Origin: Gammaproteobacteria bacterium | GTDB taxonomy: Bacteria > Pseudomonadota > Gammaproteobacteria > Eutrophobiales > Eutrophobiaceae | Reading direction: 5' to 3' | DNA length: 64,000 nucleotides | NCBI GenBank assembly: GCA_965222155.1 | Contig: CBDCTH010000012.1 | Span: 64,001-128,000, forward strand | In this document: piece after piece, positions 51,797-63,010 of the stretch | Layout of the letters: each line of letters starts with the position of its first letter | Position numbering within the stretch: position 1 is the stretch's first letter | The notes under the pieces: generated by a model | The model's input: only the letters and a program-made list of their open reading frames with translations | The model's database searches: none | Told to the model about the DNA's origin: nothing | Program-made: the position numbers and the translations under genes

Positions 51797-53947
51797 TCAG
51801 ATAAGAAAATCCCCCGCATCCGGCAGCGCGGTCAGGTTCGCCAGCAGGATGGTGCCGCCGCCGATGTCGCTGAGATCGACGGTCACGCCGTCATCGCCGG
51901 TCGTCATGGAAATATCGTCGATGCCCTCAATATCAAAGGCCGTGAGGTCCACTTTATCGGTCCCGCTGAAGAAATCCGTCACGGTGTCCGCGCCGTCCCC
52001 GGGACTAAACACGAACACGTCCTCACCGGGACCGCCGACCAGCCGGTCCTCTCCGGGGCCGCCGCGGAGGGTATCATCGCCCTGCCCCCCGAACAGCCGG
52101 TCGTTGCCCGGCCCGCCGGTCATCTCATCGTCACCGCCGCCCGGGCCACCGTACAGGGTGTCGTTGCCGCCGCCACCGTCAATGACGTTGTCGCGCCGGT
52201 CGCCGGCCAGTACGTCGCTGTGTGCCGAACCGGTGAGGTTCTCGACGTCAGGCAGGGATTCGCTTTGCTCCTGCCCGTTCGCGTCCGTATAAGTCACGTC
52301 CACAAGACCGGGAAAGGTATCGCCGTCGGCATCCCCGCCATTGGTCGCCCGGCTGTGCAGGCGCACGGTCACCCCGTCCGGTGAATTTGTGTAGGACGCC
52401 GTGTCCATGCCGTTCTCGCCATGTAACTGGTCGGCGCCAGCACCCCCTTCCAATACGTCGTCACCACCATTGCCCCAAAGCCTGTCGTTGCCGATAACTA
52501 CATCGTTTCCAAACCCGGCAATGAAATTCTCAATCAAGATGTCACGAGCGATGATCAGGTTGCCGACCTCTCCATAGACATCCGAGATCCCTTCTGGACG
52601 CAGGTCAACCTGTTGGTCGATCGTATCCGTATGCAGATCCAACGTGTCCGTACCACCGTTGTCATAGAGTGTAAACGAGGTTCGATGGGTGAGACCTTTT
52701 GCGATAAATTCGGAGTTCGAGGCAGTACCGGCATTCTCAGCGTAGTGAAAGTTGCCGTCGGAATTCCCGAAGGCAAGATCAAGGTCACCGTCATCATCAA
52801 TATCGACCAATACGGGAGCAATATAAATATGCAGATTCCCGTTAATGTGCGCCAGTGGATTGGCTATGTCGGTACGTTGTGTAAATTGAAGGTTGGTGAC
52901 TGTGCCTGTGTTTTCGTAGTAGTTAATAATAACTTGACCATCAGAGACTTCACCAATAATGAGATCTATATCGCCGTCGCCATCCAGATCGGCCAGATCC
53001 GGAGAGGAGGCAAAGCGGCGGGAACTCTCATCGAAGATACCGTCCAACGGACTTGCCTCTCCGGTGAGATGCGTGAAAACAGGAGTAGTTGCTGTGCCGG
53101 TGTTCTCGAAATAGGCGATATTCCCGTAAAAATCTCTAAGAAGAATCAGGTCAATATCGCCGTCGTCGTCAAGGTCGGCCAGTGCAGGGGAGAGGTCGCT
53201 GTATAATCCTTCATCAATACTGTCCAAAGGATTCGCTGCGCCGGTACGTCGGGTGAAGCTAGGGCTGGTAGCTGTGCCGGTATTCTCATAGTAGGCCATG
53301 GTGCCCCGGATATCTACTACAATGAGGTCAACATCGCTGTCGTTGTCGATGTCAGCCAGAGTATGGTCAATGTACCACAATTGGTCATTAATATCGTCCA
53401 ACGGATTGGCTTCGCCGATACGTTGGGTGAAGTCGGGGTTGGTAGCCGTACCCGTGTTTTCGAAGTAGTTAATGTTATAGATGCCCCCAACTACGAGGTC
53501 AAGGTCGTCGTCGCCGTCTAGGTCGGCAAAGTCAAGCTTACTGTTTAAATTCGTATTGATACTGACGAAGGGATTGTCCTGCTCGGTCCACAGTTTAAAG
53601 AATTCTCCCAGGTAACCGTCCACATTGGAATGGTAGCCATACACGGTGTCACCTGTGTTGATATCGGTGGGGGTGCCATAGAGATTCTGGATCGCAATAA
53701 TATCCACGATCATGGGGGTGAGAATGTAGCTACCATCGGCTGTTATGTAGGTATTGAAACCTCGATCAATATAGGACATCAAAGTTGCCTGATCGGAGTC
53801 GATCAGAAATATGTTGTCGACTCCAAAATTGGCCACAGGATTGTCGATATCTGTTGGGTAGGGTCCCGGATGACCGAGGCCTAGCGCATGACCTATCTCA
53901 TGGAGATAGGCATAGAAGGTATAACTGTAAATTGTGTCTCCGTACTC
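51797..53947 (-). pseudogene. 5'-truncated serralysin-like (M10) metalloprotease with FG-GAP insert and RTX repeats
   Basis: Frame reads EYGDTIYSYTFYAYLHEIGHALGLGHPG...ATLMSY...DIIAIQNLYG from the direct repeat onward; FG-GAP and GGxGxD repeats follow. Confidence 0.85.
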
Positions 53948-53985
53948 AGAGTATTTTCCAACATGAAATGAGCCTGAAGGCGGGA

Positions 53986-54361
53986 GTCACCGATAATAAG
54001 GAAGTGCTGGAAGATAAGAGAGAGTGTTTCAGCCCCCTTACGTGAACGAGTGATTCCCTATGTGCAGATGCATGAATTCGAGGACTTGCTGTTCTCCTCG
54101 CCGGATGCCATTGAAAATAACATCCGGGAAAAGGGGCTATCGGTCTGGGCACAGAAAGTGCTTAAGGAATTTGGAAAAAACCCTGAACAAATCAATGAAT
54201 CAGAACAAACCGCACCCTCAAAGAGGCTGTTATCCCAAGCAAACTACATAAAAACGGTGCATGGACCAGACATCGCCGCAGAAATAGGCTTGGAGGCTTT
54301 AAGAGACCAATGCTCTGGTTTCGGCGCCTGGTTCAATCAATTGGAAGGACTGCGGGCATGA
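53986..54361 (+). pseudogene. DUF4276-family protein, C-terminal part
   Basis: VTDNKEVLEDK..., then a frameshift into IPYVQMHEFE.LLFS...NPEQIN....APSKRL....Y.KT.HG...C..F..W. Confidence 0.8.
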
Positions 54362-54440
54362 GACCCTCGGTCCTGGGAGTTGGCGGGAATTGCTTTGCCT
54401 CAGTGAATCCACTCACGCACACAGGATAAAGCACCTCTCG

Positions 54441-55164
54441 TCACTTCCTGATTTTGACGAGTATAACGGAAATATTATCTTTCCCGCCGTTTTCATTTGC
54501 CAAGCGTACCAATTCCTCTGTCGCTCGGTTAAGATCGGTATCGTATTCGGCCAGGGCTGTCTGAATGTCTTCATCGTTTACCATGTCGGTCAGGCCGTCT
54601 GAGCACAGCAGGTAAGTATCTCCCGGCAGGACAGACTCCTCCATCATGTCGACCAGTACATATTCCTCAATTCCCAGAGCCCGGTCCAGCCAGGGCCAGG
54701 TGAAATGGTCCTCGGTCAGTTGTGTGAAGTTATGTTTCCTTTTTTGGTACAGGCGTGAGTCACCCACGTGGGCGGTTGTAATCAGGTCATCATGAAAGGC
54801 ACAAACCACGATGGTGGTTCCCATTCCTTGGTACTCGATCTCCTTTTGAGCCTTGGCATGGATGGCCGAATTCGCATGAACGACTGCTTGTTCCACGACG
54901 TGAGAGATGCTGCTTAACCCGGTTTTTTCGTCTATCCGGTTGCTGTCCGCATCCTTGAGTCCTTGCAGGATTAGCTCATGGGCCACAGTCACAGCGAGAG
55001 CGCTGGCGACTTCCCCGGCGTTGTGTCCCCCCAGACCATCGGCCAGGATCACGAGTCCTGTATCAGCGTCGGTTAAAATGCTGTCTTCATTCTGAAGGCG
55101 CTCTCTACCCCTGTCGGAGAGGGCCGCGACAGTGATGTCACCAGTCGCGTTCCCAGTGCCGGCT
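54441..55164 (-). pseudogene. PP2C (Stp1/IreP-type) phosphatase, 5' end cut by the IS3 remnant
   Basis: SDRG..R.QNEDS, ADGLGGHNAGE, HVGDSR, CSDGL, GKDN. Confidence 0.8.
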
Positions 55165-55435
55165 TGAAGTGGTACCCAAAAACTGGACAGGTTGTTAAGC
55201 TCTGATATTGAGGAATAGAGAGTATAAGCAATGAGTAAAAAAACGACAACAGTATTCCGGTGAGTTTAACGCGAAGGTTGCCTTCGCTGCGGTGCGGGGC
55301 GATGAGACGGTGCCGCAACTGGCCACCCGGTAGGGGTTGCATCCGACCCGGGTGAATGCCTGGAAGCGGCCATTGACGTCACGGGCCAGTGAGTTGTTTG
55401 CCCGCGGGCAGGGCAACCGGACTAACCTAATCTGA
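55165..55435 (+). mobile_element. IS3-family remnant (left end plus orfA with an amber stop)
   Basis: TGAAGTGGTACCCAAAAACTGGACA end; MSKKRQQYSGEFNAKVA...TVPQLATR*GLHPT....WK. Confidence 0.75.
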
Positions 55436-56008
55436 TTAATGGCTCGACGCGGCTGAACTGAACATTTTGTCCAGTTCCTCTTCGTCGTGTATTCTCTGCT
55501 CGAGTTCTCTGACAACCTCAGGTTTATGCCCTATGCAATTCAGTACCCTGCTATATGGAATGAGTTGCGATGTATCTCCGGGGTCTTCCCACTCCGGGCA
55601 AATCTGATGCGTAATATCGCGGAGCTTGTACTTGTCATATTTACCGAACTTGTCCCATATGAAATCAAGAATCTCCATATCTGCGTCACTTAATTGCGTC
55701 AACTTATCGGCGGGGTCGTGCGCTGGTTGTAATCCTGGCTGGTGTCCTGCCCTGGCGCTGATCCAGCTTTCCCATCCTCCTTCTTCTGAATCTATGAAAC
55801 CATTAATATGATCCAGTGTTTTAGATAATACCGGACCATGTTTCATGGAAACCAGGACATCGCCTGTGATAGGCTCACCATACCTGGTAAGAGATTCGCG
55901 CTCGGCCAGATACATTAATTTCATAAGTTTTAATAATTCGATTGTGCCGCCAGCGCGAGAAATAAAGAATGCGGCAGTCTGTGCCGCCCGCTTTTCACTA
56001 TATGCCAT
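55436..56008 (-). CDS. Panacea (DUF4065/SocA) domain protein
   Basis: LKLMKLMYLAER, GPVLS, L...TH...PEW. Confidence 0.85.
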   Translation of the reverse strand: MAYSEKRAAQTAAFFISRAGGTIELLKLMKLMYLAERESLTRYGEPITGDVLVSMKHGPVLSKTLDHINGFIDSEEGGWESWISARAGHQPGLQPAHDPADKLTQLSDADMEILDFIWDKFGKYDKYKLRDITHQICPEWEDPGDTSQLIPYSRVLNCIGHKPEVVRELEQRIHDEEELDKMFSSAASSH

Positions 56009-56110
56009 ATAAGATGCTCACTGATGTTCCCTGAGATGTGGATAAGGGTCCTATTAATCGATATATACTCTTCTGCTGAATCAGTCAAGTGAACGGTTCT
56101 CAGAACAGCC

Positions 56111-56223
56111 GTTCCCGCTAACTCCCGGGAGCTAGGGCATCCTGCCCTCGTGGAGGGCGAGACGCCCTCGATCCCAGGGGAACATGCCCGTGACTCCTGG
56201 GGGACAGATTTAAATCTGTCCCC
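56111..56223 (-). repeat. Inverted copy of the composite repeat at 41259-41371
   Basis: Reverse complement matches along its length with scattered substitutions; includes the 24-bp palindrome at 56200-56223. Confidence 0.85.
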
Positions 56224-56400
56224 TCTGTCTTCGAATCCGGCAAGAATCACTGTATTGACTTCGAGTTAGCGGGAGAACCTGTTCTCAGAATGCTTTCCGT
56301 TGTATCTACCATTAATTCCAACCTGCTGTTCAACCGGGGGTATACTGATTTTTCCTTAATCGTTGTTCACGAACTGTCGCATGCACATATTGACCCACGG

Positions 56401-57651
56401 CTAAGGTCGGAAAGATGAATCCGGGTCTGCCGGTTCCGGACGAGTGTTCCGTGAAGCGGGCGCAGCCTTCGGCAGGCTGAAATGGAGCAGTACACAGGCC
56501 GCCAGCGCAGACAGGAACGAACCCACCAGGATACCCAGGCGGTCTCCGCTGAAGTAATCACCACTCCCGTGCTCAAAGGCCAGGCCGGCGATAAACAGGC
56601 TCATGGTAAAACCGATACCGCAGGCAAAGGCCACGCCGAGCAACTGTGGCCAGTTGACGTCTTTTGGCAATCGGGCCAGCCCCAGGGCGACGGCGAGGCC
56701 GACGAAGAGCATGATTCCGAGTGGTTTGCCCACCAGCAAACCGGTTGTCACACCGAGGGTGACGGGATGCGTAAACTCGTTGAGGGACACGCTTGCTACT
56801 GACAGCCCGCCATTTACAAAAGCGAAAGCCGGGAGAATTACAAATGCGACGGGACCGTGCAGGTTGTGTTCCAGTTCGCGCAGGGGAGAGGTTCCCTGCT
56901 CATCGCGTATTGGTACGCAAAAAGCGATGAGCACGCCGGCCAGCGTTGCATGGACCCCTGATTTCAATACGGCGACCCACAACACCACACCCAGTAATAT
57001 ATAGCTTGAAGTGCGCGTCACGCCCATGCGGTTCATGACGGCAGCAATGGTGAGAGTAATAATCCCGATGAGCAGCATGCCGGGTGACAAATCACCCGAA
57101 TAGAAAAGTGCGATGATGGTGATGGCTGCGAGATCATCCAGTATCGCCAGTGTGAGTAAAAAAACCTTGAGAGAAGTGGGTACGCGAGCGCCGAATGCGC
57201 CTAACAGGGCGATCGCAAATGCGATATCGGTAGCAACCGGGATCGCCCAACCGTCTAAAGCGACGGCATCTCCCCGGTTGAGCCAGACATAGATTAACGC
57301 GGGCAGGATCATGCCGCCGAGCGCGCCCATTCCCGGAACAACGACTTGCTCAAAAGACGACAGTTCCCCCTCCATGATCTCACGTTTGATTTCGAGCCCC
57401 ACCAGGAAAAAAAATACTGCCATAAGTCCGTCGTTCACCCAGAGGAAAAGGGGTTTGTTAATGACCAGGGCACCGACCTGAATTGCTACCGTCGTATCGA
57501 GAAGAGCGGCATATACACCTGACAATGGCGAATTTGCGACCAGCATTGCCACGGCGCCGGCAATGAGCAGGAGGACGCCTCCCGTTGTCTCCAGTTGCAG
57601 GAACTCGCGCAGGGCCTCAGCTATGGGTGATGTTTTCTCTTGTGTTTCCAT
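56401..57651 (-). CDS. nhaA: Na+/H+ antiporter
   Basis: NDGLMA.FF, ATDIAFA, LAILDDL, SGVHATLAGV, GIGFTMSLFI. Confidence 0.96.
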   Translation of the reverse strand: METQEKTSPIAEALREFLQLETTGGVLLLIAGAVAMLVANSPLSGVYAALLDTTVAIQVGALVINKPLFLWVNDGLMAVFFFLVGLEIKREIMEGELSSFEQVVVPGMGALGGMILPALIYVWLNRGDAVALDGWAIPVATDIAFAIALLGAFGARVPTSLKVFLLTLAILDDLAAITIIALFYSGDLSPGMLLIGIITLTIAAVMNRMGVTRTSSYILLGVVLWVAVLKSGVHATLAGVLIAFCVPIRDEQGTSPLRELEHNLHGPVAFVILPAFAFVNGGLSVASVSLNEFTHPVTLGVTTGLLVGKPLGIMLFVGLAVALGLARLPKDVNWPQLLGVAFACGIGFTMSLFIAGLAFEHGSGDYFSGDRLGILVGSFLSALAACVLLHFSLPKAAPASRNTRPEPADPDSSFRP

Positions 57652-57652
57652 G

Positions 57653-57810
57653 TCACTCCCGGATTTTAATCAAGGTGACTTCCCCGGCGTTGTGGCATCC
57701 CCGGCCATCGGCCGGGATCGCGACACCTATGCCGACATCGGTTAAAATGCTGTCTTCGTTCTGAAGGCGCATTCTACCCCTGTCGGAGCAGGCTGCAATA
57801 GTGATGTTCC
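57653..57810 (-). pseudogene. Internally deleted PP2C paralog
   Basis: ITIAACSDRGRMRLQNEDS...ADGRGCHNAGEV joined to TLIKIRE*; DNA similar to both ends of 54441-55140. Confidence 0.8.
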
Positions 57811-57852
57811 GGTAGCGCTCACTGTACCGGCTTGTGGACAGACCCGGTCGTG

Positions 57853-58176
57853 TTATCGCTCCAGGTGTTGGAGCTTGCCTGTTACCTCTTTCCAATCGTC
57901 GGCATCTGCAGGGGCATCTTTCATCTCATTGATGACGGGCCACTGCCTGGAGAGTTCTGCGTTCAGGTCAATGAATCCCTGCATGCTCTCATCGACGTCT
58001 TCATCAGACATAATGGCGTCTACCGGGCATTCGGGTTCACATAAGGTGCAATCAATACACTCGTCAGGGTCAATAACCAGCATATTCGGACCTTCATGGA
58101 AGCAATCAACCGGGCATACTTCTACGCAATCAGTATATTTACACTTGATGCAGCTTTCTGTGACGACAAAAGTCAT
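57853..58176 (-). CDS. fdxA: 7Fe ferredoxin
   Basis: [24 protein letters not shown]...CIDC.LCEPECP. Confidence 0.95.
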   Translation of the reverse strand: MTFVVTESCIKCKYTDCVEVCPVDCFHEGPNMLVIDPDECIDCTLCEPECPVDAIMSDEDVDESMQGFIDLNAELSRQWPVINEMKDAPADADDWKEVTGKLQHLER

Positions 58177-58279
58177 AAGGACATCCTACCATAGTTGAGT
58201 TACGATAAAGTTAACTGCAATTATACCTTGTTTCTGCACTTTATGGCAAAAGGAAGGTTCATCCACTATCAAATAAAAT

Positions 58280-60838
58280 CTATCCATTCTCTGCCATCAG
58301 TTTGCGTAATCGATATAATATTTCCAAAGCCTGTTTGGGCGTAATGGTGTCCGGGTCGACCTCATTCAATAATTCCCGCAATTCATCGGGTTGTTGGAAA
58401 AAGTCCTGTTGCGGCATATCCGGGAGCAGGTCTACGGTATTTTTTTCCATGATGTCGAGCTGGTGGTTCGCCTGGTTGATGACTGCGCGGGGAATACCCG
58501 CCAGTTGCGCCACCTGTATCCCGTAACTCCGGTTCGTGGCGCCGGGTTTAACCGTATACAGGAATATAATCTCGTTATTATATTTGATCGCGTCCAGGTG
58601 CGCGTTGTTTACCGTATCCACGATCTCAGGCAGGGTGGTCAATTCGAAATAGTGGGTGGCGAACAGGGTAAAAGCCCGGATATTGTTTGCCAGGTAGACG
58701 GCGCAGGCCCAGGCCAGGGCCAGACCGTCGTAGGTGCTGGTGCCGCGGCCTATTTCGTCTATCAATACCAGGCTCTTGTCTGTAGCGTTGTTCAGGATTG
58801 CTGCGGTTTCCACCATTTCAGCCATGAAGGTGGATTTCCCGGAGGAAATGTCATCGACCGCACCGATACGGGTGAAGATACGGTCCACAGGGCCAAGGAC
58901 TGCCTTGTCGGCGGGGACGAAACTGCCGGTATGGGCCAGCAGGGTGATGAGCGCAGTCTGGCGCATGTAAGTTGATTTACCTCCCATATTCGGACCTGTA
59001 ATCAACAGCATCCTGGTTGAATCGTTCAGCCGGATATCATTGGCAATAAAGGGATTAGTCTGTAAGCGTTCGACCACGGCGTGACGGCCCGCCCGGATAT
59101 CAAGCCCGGGGGTCTCGACGAATTCGGGTTGACAGTAATCGAGTACGTCTGCCCGTTCGGCAAAACAGGCCAGCACGTCTGTCTCACAAAGCCCTGCTGC
59201 GGTTGTTTGCAAGGGGGTCAGGTCGGTACAAATGCGATCCAGAATTTGCTCGTACAATAATTTTTCCCGCGCCAGTGCGCGTTCCTTTGCGCTCAGCGTT
59301 TTATCTTCGAATTCTTTCAATTCCGTCGTGATGAAGCGTTCCGTGGATTTCAGGGTTTGCCGCCTGCGATAGCGCTCCGGAACGGCTTCGCTGTGTAACC
59401 GGGAAACTTCTATGTAGTAGCCATGCACGCGGTTGAAACCCACTTTCAGTGTGGGAATGCCGGTATGTTCCCGCTCGCGTTCTTCAAGCGAATTCAGGAA
59501 TGTTCCGGCATCCCGACCCAGTTGCCGCAGTTGGTCCAGCTCAGCATCGAAACCATCCGCGATCACGCGGCCGTCGCGGATGCTTGCCGCCGGCGTTTCC
59601 AGCAACGCGTTTCCCAGATACGTCTTCAACTCGGGAAACTCCTGAAGCGCTTCATTGAGTTCATTCACACGCGGACTGTTCACAGTAGCCAGTACTGATT
59701 TCAGGTCCGGCAGCCGGAGCAGTGACTTATGCAGTTGCGTCAGGTCCCTGGGGCGAGCGGATTTCAGGGCGACCCGCGCCAGGATGCGTTCCAGGTCGTT
59801 TACATGTTTCAATGATTCGTGGACAACAGCGTAAGTTTTGCCGGTTGACAGGTGGTTAACGGCATCATGGCGCAGCCGCAGGGTCAGTTGATCGCGCAGG
59901 GGCCGATTCAGCCAGCGTTTCAGCAGCCGGCTGCCCATCGTCGTCGCGGTCGTATCCAGTACGCCCAGCAGGCTGTATGCTTTCCTGCCCCTGAGGTCCT
60001 GTTCAAGCTCCAGGTTGCGTCGGCTGACGGCATCGAGGATGATGCTGTCCGTGCGGTGTTCTACCTTAATCGGTTGCAGGTGCAGTAACGCCGTGCTCTG
60101 GGTTTCATTGACGTATTGCAACAGGGCGCCTGCTGCCGCGGTTGCCGCCGCTAACCCGGCGCAGCCCAGCCCTTCCAGTTCTGTGACCTGGTATTGCCGC
60201 TTGATGAGGTTTGACGCGCTGGCGTAATCGAAATACCACGCGGCGCGGGATACCACACTGTTACAGGAAATACCCGGGTTTTGTTCCAGTTCGCTGCCTT
60301 CACAGATTAACAGTTCGGCGGGTTGCAGGCGCGCCAGTTCATCCTGCAATGAGCTTAAATCGGTAGTCTGGCTGACTATGAAGCGGCCGTCAGCCAGGTT
60401 CAGGCTGGCGATTCCTTGCTCATTTGCGAGGATATGTACGCAAACCAGCAGGTTGTCGGTCTTTTCTTCCAGTAACAACTCGTCGGTAACGGTGCCGGGG
60501 GTGACCACGCGGGTGACCTTTCTCTCAACCGGCCCCTTGGCCAGGGTCGGGTCGCCGATTTGCTCGCATATGGCGACCGATTCACCCAACCGGACCAACT
60601 TCGCCAGGTATGAATCAACGGCATGGTAGGGCACGCCTGCCATGGGAATGGCCTGGTTATCAGACCTGCCCCGGGAGGTCAGGGTGATGTCAAGTAGACG
60701 GGCCGCCTTGCGTGCGTCTTCAAAAAACAGCTCATAGAAATCACCCATGCGAAACAACAGCAGGATGTCGGGATAGTCAGCTTTAAAACCCAGGTATTGC
60801 TGCATCACCGGGGTGTGTGCGGGGATTATTGCAGGCAT
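58280..60838 (-). CDS. mutS: DNA mismatch repair protein
   Basis: [38 protein letters not shown]. Confidence 0.98.
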   Translation of the reverse strand: MPAIIPAHTPVMQQYLGFKADYPDILLLFRMGDFYELFFEDARKAARLLDITLTSRGRSDNQAIPMAGVPYHAVDSYLAKLVRLGESVAICEQIGDPTLAKGPVERKVTRVVTPGTVTDELLLEEKTDNLLVCVHILANEQGIASLNLADGRFIVSQTTDLSSLQDELARLQPAELLICEGSELEQNPGISCNSVVSRAAWYFDYASASNLIKRQYQVTELEGLGCAGLAAATAAAGALLQYVNETQSTALLHLQPIKVEHRTDSIILDAVSRRNLELEQDLRGRKAYSLLGVLDTTATTMGSRLLKRWLNRPLRDQLTLRLRHDAVNHLSTGKTYAVVHESLKHVNDLERILARVALKSARPRDLTQLHKSLLRLPDLKSVLATVNSPRVNELNEALQEFPELKTYLGNALLETPAASIRDGRVIADGFDAELDQLRQLGRDAGTFLNSLEEREREHTGIPTLKVGFNRVHGYYIEVSRLHSEAVPERYRRRQTLKSTERFITTELKEFEDKTLSAKERALAREKLLYEQILDRICTDLTPLQTTAAGLCETDVLACFAERADVLDYCQPEFVETPGLDIRAGRHAVVERLQTNPFIANDIRLNDSTRMLLITGPNMGGKSTYMRQTALITLLAHTGSFVPADKAVLGPVDRIFTRIGAVDDISSGKSTFMAEMVETAAILNNATDKSLVLIDEIGRGTSTYDGLALAWACAVYLANNIRAFTLFATHYFELTTLPEIVDTVNNAHLDAIKYNNEIIFLYTVKPGATNRSYGIQVAQLAGIPRAVINQANHQLDIMEKNTVDLLPDMPQQDFFQQPDELRELLNEVDPDTITPKQALEILYRLRKLMAENG

Positions 60839-60869
60839 GGGTTTATTCTGGTGAAAATAGTGACAAAAG

Positions 60870-60971
60870 AAAAGAGGACAGATTTATTTTTTTCCCATCC
60901 CGGCCGCGACCGGGGACAGACTTCAGTATGTCCCCCTACCGGCTCATAAAAAAATAAATCTGTCCCCTTTT
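60870..60971. repeat. Expanded GGACAGATTTATTTT...AAAATAAATCTGTCC element with a nested degenerate copy
   Basis: Outer arms of about 24 bp; inner GGGGACAGACTTCAGTATGTCCCC. Confidence 0.8.
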
Positions 60972-61004
60972 TTCAAGGGTAACAAATAAACTGCGCCTTT
61001 ATCA

Positions 61005-61033
61005 CTTGAAATTCCGCACCGTCAACCCCAAAT
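61005..61033 (+). promoter_or_regulatory. sigma32-like heat-shock promoter
   Basis: CTTGAAA-N14-CCCCAAAT upstream of htpG. Confidence 0.65.
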
Positions 61034-61070
61034 AAGGCATTTGAACACTCTGATTTATGACGGGGATACC

Positions 61071-62954
61071 ATGACTGTAGATACAAAAAAAGAATTGCTT
61101 GGTTTTCAAACCGAGGCCCAGCAATTACTGGACCTGATGATCCATTCCTTGTACGGCAACCAGGAGATCTTTCTGCGTGAACTGATCTCAAACGCCTCCG
61201 ATGCTGCCGACAGGTTGCGCTTTGAGGGTTTACAGGACGACAGCCTGTTTGAAGACGAACCAGAACTGAACATCAGGGTGGAGTATAACAAGACTCAAAA
61301 AACGATCACCGTCCTCGATAACGGCATAGGCATGTCCAGGCAGGAGGTGGTCGATAACCTGGGCACCATCGCCAAGTCGGGCACCAGGCAGTTTTTTGCC
61401 TCCCTGACCGGTGACCAGACCAAGGATTCACAACTGATAGGACAGTTCGGCGTGGGGTTTTACTCTTCTTTTATCGTTGCGGAGAAAGTGGAGGTCGTCA
61501 GCCGGCGCGCCGGTCTGCCCCGGGAGGAGGGCGTGCGCTGGGCTTCCGACGGCAAGAGCGAATATACTGTGGAGAGCGTAGACCGGCCGAAGCGGGGAAC
61601 CAAGGTAGTCTTGTACTTGCGTAAAGAGGCCAAGGAATTCCTGGATGGCTACCGGCTGCGCAGTATAATCAACAAGTATTCGGATCATATCTCCCTGCCC
61701 ATCGTCATGCCGAAAGAGGGCGAGGATGAAAAAGGGGAAGAAACGGTCAACACGGCAACGGCATTATGGACCCGTAATAAAAAGGATATCAAGGAAGAGG
61801 AATACAATGAGTTCTATAAAACCGTATCCCACGATTTTGAAGATCCGCTTTGTCATATCCACAACAAGGTGGAAGGCAAGCTGGAGTACTCCAGTCTGTT
61901 GTTCATTCCCGCCCGCGCGCCGTTCGACTTATGGGACCGGGAACAACGGCATGGCGTCAAATTGTATGTAAAACGGGTCTTTATCATGGACGACGCAAAA
62001 CAGTTGCTGCCAGCGTATTTGCGCTTCGTAAAAGGGGTGGTGGATTCCGATGACCTGCCGTTGAATATCTCCAGGGAAATACTGCAACAGAACAAGATCA
62101 TCGAAACCATCCGTTCCGGATGCACAAAAAAGATACTGGACCTGTTGAAAAAACTGGCGGACAAGGAACCGGACAAATACAAACAATTCTGGCAGACGTT
62201 CGGCCGGGTCATGAAGGAGGGTGTCATCGATGCGCCGGATAAACGCGCTGAAATAGCGAAATTATTCCGCTTCAAATCCACCCATGAAGATACTGAGGAA
62301 GAAACCGTCTCCCTGGATGACTATATTGCCAGGATGAAGCCGGGGCAGAAAGCGATTTATTATGTCACTGCCGAGAATTACGCTACTGCAAAAAACAGCC
62401 CTCACCTTGAGATATTCCGAAAAAAAGAGACTGAAGTATTACTCCTGACCGACCCCATTGACGAGTGGCTGGTTACTCACTTGACTGAATATGAAGAGAA
62501 ACCGCTGCGGTCTGTGAACAAGGGCGAGTTGGACCTGGGTGATCTTGCCGATGATAAAAGCGAGGATGAATCCGAAGAAACTGCCGATGACAAGCTGGAC
62601 GATCTTACCGATCGTATCGGGAAAGTGCTGGATGAACGGGTGAAGGAAGTGCGCATTACCCGGCGCCTCACCGAATCACCTGCCTGCCTGGTGGCTGATG
62701 AACATGAAATGGGCCGACACCTGGAGCAGATACTGAAAGCGTCGGGGCAGGAAATTCCAGGTTCAAAACCCATCCTGGAAATCAACCCGCGCCACCCCAT
62801 CGTGGAAAAAATGCAAAACGAAGCGGATGAAAACCGCTTCAGTGACTGGGCGAATATCCTTTTTGAACAAGCCCTGTTAAGCGAAGGTGGACAGCTGGAC
62901 GATCCCGCCGGCTTTGTTCACCGGCTTAACAGCATGTTTCTGGAGTTGGCATAA
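61071..62954 (+). CDS. htpG: chaperone HtpG (Hsp90)
   Basis: IFLRELISNASDA, DNGIGM, IGQFGVGFYS, DLPLNISRE. Confidence 0.98.
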   Translation: MTVDTKKELLGFQTEAQQLLDLMIHSLYGNQEIFLRELISNASDAADRLRFEGLQDDSLFEDEPELNIRVEYNKTQKTITVLDNGIGMSRQEVVDNLGTIAKSGTRQFFASLTGDQTKDSQLIGQFGVGFYSSFIVAEKVEVVSRRAGLPREEGVRWASDGKSEYTVESVDRPKRGTKVVLYLRKEAKEFLDGYRLRSIINKYSDHISLPIVMPKEGEDEKGEETVNTATALWTRNKKDIKEEEYNEFYKTVSHDFEDPLCHIHNKVEGKLEYSSLLFIPARAPFDLWDREQRHGVKLYVKRVFIMDDAKQLLPAYLRFVKGVVDSDDLPLNISREILQQNKIIETIRSGCTKKILDLLKKLADKEPDKYKQFWQTFGRVMKEGVIDAPDKRAEIAKLFRFKSTHEDTEEETVSLDDYIARMKPGQKAIYYVTAENYATAKNSPHLEIFRKKETEVLLLTDPIDEWLVTHLTEYEEKPLRSVNKGELDLGDLADDKSEDESEETADDKLDDLTDRIGKVLDERVKEVRITRRLTESPACLVADEHEMGRHLEQILKASGQEIPGSKPILEINPRHPIVEKMQNEADENRFSDWANILFEQALLSEGGQLDDPAGFVHRLNSMFLELA

Positions 62955-63010
62955 GATAAGGTCTACGCCTCTACGATCAGTCGATAAATGCGGTGTTCTG
63001 CTTTATGAAT

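Larger units (their letters stand above)
48437..53985. mobile_element. 5.5-kb insertion bounded by identical 38-bp direct repeats
   Basis: AGAGTATTTTCCAACATGAAATGAGCCTGAAGGCGGGA at 48437-48474 and 53948-53985, separating the two halves of DUF4276. Confidence 0.8.

Noticed and set aside
36676-55335. Amber recoding or suppression suggested by in-frame TAGs (36676, 47548, about 55330, about 5789)
   Set aside because: The expected residues appear to differ between sites (Trp, Tyr, Tyr, Glu by context). Core genes such as trpA, cvpA and purF end in TAG, and the tRNA found has anticodon CGC, not CUA. Independent nonsense mutations are simpler.
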